From Azolla caroliniana (taxonomy: Eukaryota > Plantae > Polypodiophyta): a stretch of DNA of 64,000 bases. The notes under the pieces are model-generated. The model saw nothing but the letters and a program-made list of their open reading frames with translations. It searched no databases and was not told the origin of the DNA. Location: the NCBI GenBank assembly GCA_043228905.1, contig JBHGNT010000020.1:1488001-1552000 (forward strand). Direction: 5' to 3'. A program made the position numbers and the translations under genes. This document shows positions 60,401 to 64,000 of the stretch, one piece after another; positions within the stretch are counted from its first letter, which is position 1; the number at the start of each line of letters is the position of its first letter.

Positions 60401-62234
60401 AATGTACGCATCCCGATCAAAAGCCGACAGAAGCCCGACGCGAAGTCGGAGGAATGTATCCTCATAGGATACTCGTCCAAGAAGAAGGCGTACAAGTGTT
60501 ACAACCCTTCTACCCGAGTGGTTCGGGAAGTCAAGACGTAGTCTTCAACGAGTCTGCATCGTGGTACGCACTAGAGACAACTACGACTCCGACTCCGCTC
60601 GACCCGGAATCCGCCGAACAAGAGGTAGAAGATGGAGATCGCTTTGAACACATGTTCGAAGAAAGTTCGATTACGGCAAAGCCTAGTGGGCCACAAGAGC
60701 CCCCACGCGACCCAAGCACTTCGCGACCAAGTACAAACTTGGACAAAGGCAAAGGTAAGATGCCCGAATACGAAGTCGATCACCCCGACGACAATGATTC
60801 AGATGGATCGGCTCCCTCACTAGATAGTGAGTTCGGTGTACCCATCATGCGGACACCCGGAGTAAAGAAGGTGTTCACATCGGCGAAGAAAGCCAAAGGC
60901 CGGACGGAAGCCACACAGAAGACGACATCGAAAGCCGGACAACGCCGAAAACAATGCCGGATGTCGGACGCCTCACACTTGAGCTTGAGGGGGCGTGTTG
61001 AGAGATCAAGCTCAACTTAGTTTAGTTAGTTAGTCAACAATGTAACTTCGTAGTTACCTAGATAGAATCTAGTTAGAAGTGTTGACTATAACGCCTTAAA
61101 TAGGACCTTGTACTTAAGTGGGATATTCTAGATCCTCCACTCCTAAGTACATTTAATATAGGACTTACACATTAGTACCTATATTCTACTCACACATGTG
61201 CACCTTTGCACATGAGATGTATATATACCTCATTACGGGTATTTTTGTATTTGATGATGATAATGTTAATTTAATATACTTACTCATCCCCCATCTTGTG
61301 TTGTTCATAAGTGTATCTCTCTCTCTCTCTCTCTCTTCCTCTCACACACATACACACACATATCACTTAATCACATAATTAGGTACTAATTAACCATTAC
61401 TTAATTACTTACCTAATTCTTAACAGTTTAAGGGAGAATGGAATGTTGTCGGACTGGGGACCAAGCGCTCGTTCTGTATCGGTGTTCTCTGCAAACTATG
61501 TCTATATAAGCCCCTACAGGAAAGAAAGAGACCTCGCGAACTTTTGAGCTCAAAAGACAAGCGGCGTATCTATGAGAAGAGGATAATTAGTCATATAATT
61601 TGGATTACTTGTTACATAAGTATTTAAAATTTGAAATGATGTATTTTTTCTTTTGCATTTTAAAAACCTCCAATGCTTGCTTTCTAATATAAATATTGAC
61701 TAGAAATATTTGCACATGAGTTGCAGTCAATGCTCTATTTTTGTCAGCCATTCGGACATTGTTGGTGGTTTATTGTGTCATTTAACTTCAATTATCAGTT
61801 AATGTTGGTCCAAGCCTTCTAGTCTTGGAGTAAAAGGTTAGGTTCATATGAGGTAATAGATACCATTTTGTTGGTTACTATGGAGACATAAATGATGGGG
61901 TGTTGAGAATGTAGGGGTTCTAGAGTTAACCCACACAGCAAGACAAAGCAAAAGAGAAAACGAAGTTGCATATTGTATGTGAGGTCTAGTGTTGCATATT
62001 GACACAAGAGGGCATCAAATGGTATTTTTTCCCCTTTCCCGATCCTTATAATATGTGGGTATATAAGATATCATTGTTTAAGACATCATATCCAACCAAA
62101 TGATGCAATTATATTTATCTCTAATTCAGTGACCGAAATGATTTTCTTGAATGGTGGTAGATGGCTTCCAAGTCTAAGTACCAAGATTGGTGGGATTTCG
62201 ATAACGGTTACATATATCCAACTCAAGACAGGTA

Positions 62235-64000
62235 TGTCACGAACCAATCTCCCCTAATACTGGTTTAGGGTTTGATGCATGTATGTTGACTCGTGATTTG
62301 TTAAAGGGTCTTCGTTAGAAGACATTGGAGAAGTTCGTCAGCCGACATGTCTAAGGGTGGGGAGAGAATGGATCAGACACTAGTGGTTCATCTGCCTCAG
62401 ATCGAGCCGATACATGCCATGGCAACATTTGACCAAGATGCTCCTCCAAATGGTACGTGGAATTGGTGTCGTTGCAATATGTCAATCTTAAATATGTAAC
62501 ACATACAGAAGGAAGAAGGAACAGATCCTCATCTCCCAGACTCGTTGTATATGGTTGGAAGAGATGCAAATGGGAACCAGGCCCATGTGTGTATCTATAC
62601 TGAGTATTGCCGCCTCTCGCCAAGGTGGTATCGCAAAAAAAGTGACATGGAATCACATTTACGCAGAGAACATGGAATAGACATAGTCCTACCATGAGGG
62701 ATGCGTATAGAGGAGGAGGAGGGTACTTCGAGGGCATGCTTTAATTGCTATGAGCGTCAAAGATCACTCAGAAGATTCATGGACCCTGAAATCAAGTACA
62801 ATAGAAATCGGCAAACATATATCCGGAAGCTGAAGGTTAGGGTTGTTTCGAGGTACAACTCTATTCCCGTTGAACTCCGTCTTGACACAGAGGTAGAGTT
62901 CGTGGTGCGATTTATGGACAACGAGATGGCCATATATGACTCCAAAAAGGATGAGTGTTTGGAGATGTTGACGAAGAAGATAAGATCTGGTTTGGATTCT
63001 TATGTAAGTACGAGCGAGGATTTCATTTGAGATATGTGTTGGAGGGTTTATTGGCAGAATTCAGATAATAACATGTGTCTTATTGTGGTGAGATAGTGTA
63101 AAAAGGCGGGGATATCCACCCAACCATAGGGTGTGTCCACGGATGTGAGTGAGGCTCTAAACCCATCTGAGGGTGGTGTGTCCACTCCACCGAGACGGAG
63201 ACGACAGAAGATGTCAGTCCGACGGAAGCAGGCGGTGAAGGGGCAAGCCATCCTTAGGAAGGTGGTTGAACGTGATTTTATGTTCATTTCGATCGTGCTT
63301 GACAGCCATTGGGTGTTTTGACGAAGATGCAACAGAAAGTTTCTAAGCTTACTAGCAAAGTAGTCTTTTGCGATCCATTAAACAACGCGGTGTCGTAGAG
63401 AAAATCGTCCCTAGGCGGAAACTGGGTATAACATGCGAAAACCGACCCTTACACGTGGGCACAAGTTTTGTTGTATAGTACGTAGCTAGGTACAAGTCGC
63501 CTGAGGCGAAATCCTAGGTAGTACACATTCGGTAGGGAGGAAATCGAGGCGTATCCCTGTCCGAAAGGACAAGGAATAAACATGATGTAATGAGTGGAAG
63601 CAACCTCCCTCATTGGGTTATAAAGGAGAGGGAGAAGTGAGAAGAAGGGGGGATAACGGTTTTTGGGAGCGAGGAGGAAGTGTTGTCAGACTGGGGACCA
63701 AGCCCTCTCCTCCATCGTGCGTTGTTCTCTGCAGGATTTTGGACTGAGTTGCCTCTGCTTCGTGGACAGCCCGTGTGCTTCCGGCAGAGGCTCCACAATG
63801 CAGTCAGGTTGTGTGCCTGCGTGAGCATCGTGTGTGTGTGTCCACATGAGTTGGGTCCATCGTCGGCTTGCCGGTTGTAATCGTTGTTGATTGTAATTAA
63901 GACTTTGTTCTCCGTCTCTTTCCTCCTTTGTGTTTCTGCAAGCTACTCTCTCTCTCTCTCTCTCTCCCCTCTTTCTCATGCCCCTTGGTTCGAGGCCCCC
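62235..64000 (+). mobile_element. Probable long LTR or retroelement segment running off the window
   Basis: TGTCACG at 62235; TATAAA at ~63619 followed by sequence (TGTTGTC.GACTGGGGACCAAGC) similar to the joined flanks 52050-52093 / 61426-61495; CT microsatellite. Boundaries uncertain. Confidence 0.4.

Larger units (their letters stand above)
52094..61425 (+). mobile_element. Copia-family LTR element lacking RT/RNase H; 5' LTR interrupted by a chromovirus
   Basis: 5' LTR 52094-52248 + 57921-58208 and 3' LTR 60996-61425 (TGTTGAGAG...TTAACA), near identical; PBS TGGTATCAGAGC 58209-58220; PPT GAGGGGGCG before 60996; gag, CNYCSKIGHYKAQC, FVDSGAS and integrase fragments 58376-~60570; no RT motifs before the PPT. 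Confidence 0.9.

Noticed and set aside
52089-61430. Perfect TSD for the RT-less Copia
   Set aside because: Flanks ATTTT and GTTTA match only partly; boundaries rest on LTR, PBS and PPT instead.
62701-63030. 109-aa ORF as a host gene
   Set aside because: No recognisable motif or splice context; lies in a probable retroelement or LTR segment.

Overview
Eukaryotic, transposon-rich land-plant DNA, probably from a non-seed plant such as a fern or lycophyte (inferred from the Tcn1-type chromovirus and general style; not proven). The only clear host gene is a 20-exon importin-5/karyopherin-beta-3 gene on the minus strand (46383->27540), with LINE and Copia debris in its long introns. The rest is mostly nested LTR retrotransposons (several Copia families, an RT-less Copia family, a self-priming chromovirus). 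The standout is a 9.16-kb cut-and-paste DNA transposon (7327-16488; 36-bp TIRs, 4-bp CATA target-site duplication) inserted in a Copia integrase. It carries (i) a Sola-like DDD transposase and (ii) a divergent six-exon gene encoding a ParB/Srx-like domain fused to a prokaryote-type beta-class N4C/N6A DNA methyltransferase. Intron 1 of that gene holds eight copies of a 25-bp palindrome at an exact 51-bp period, reminiscent of a parS/operator array. Domain calls come from motif recognition by eye; no searches were run.
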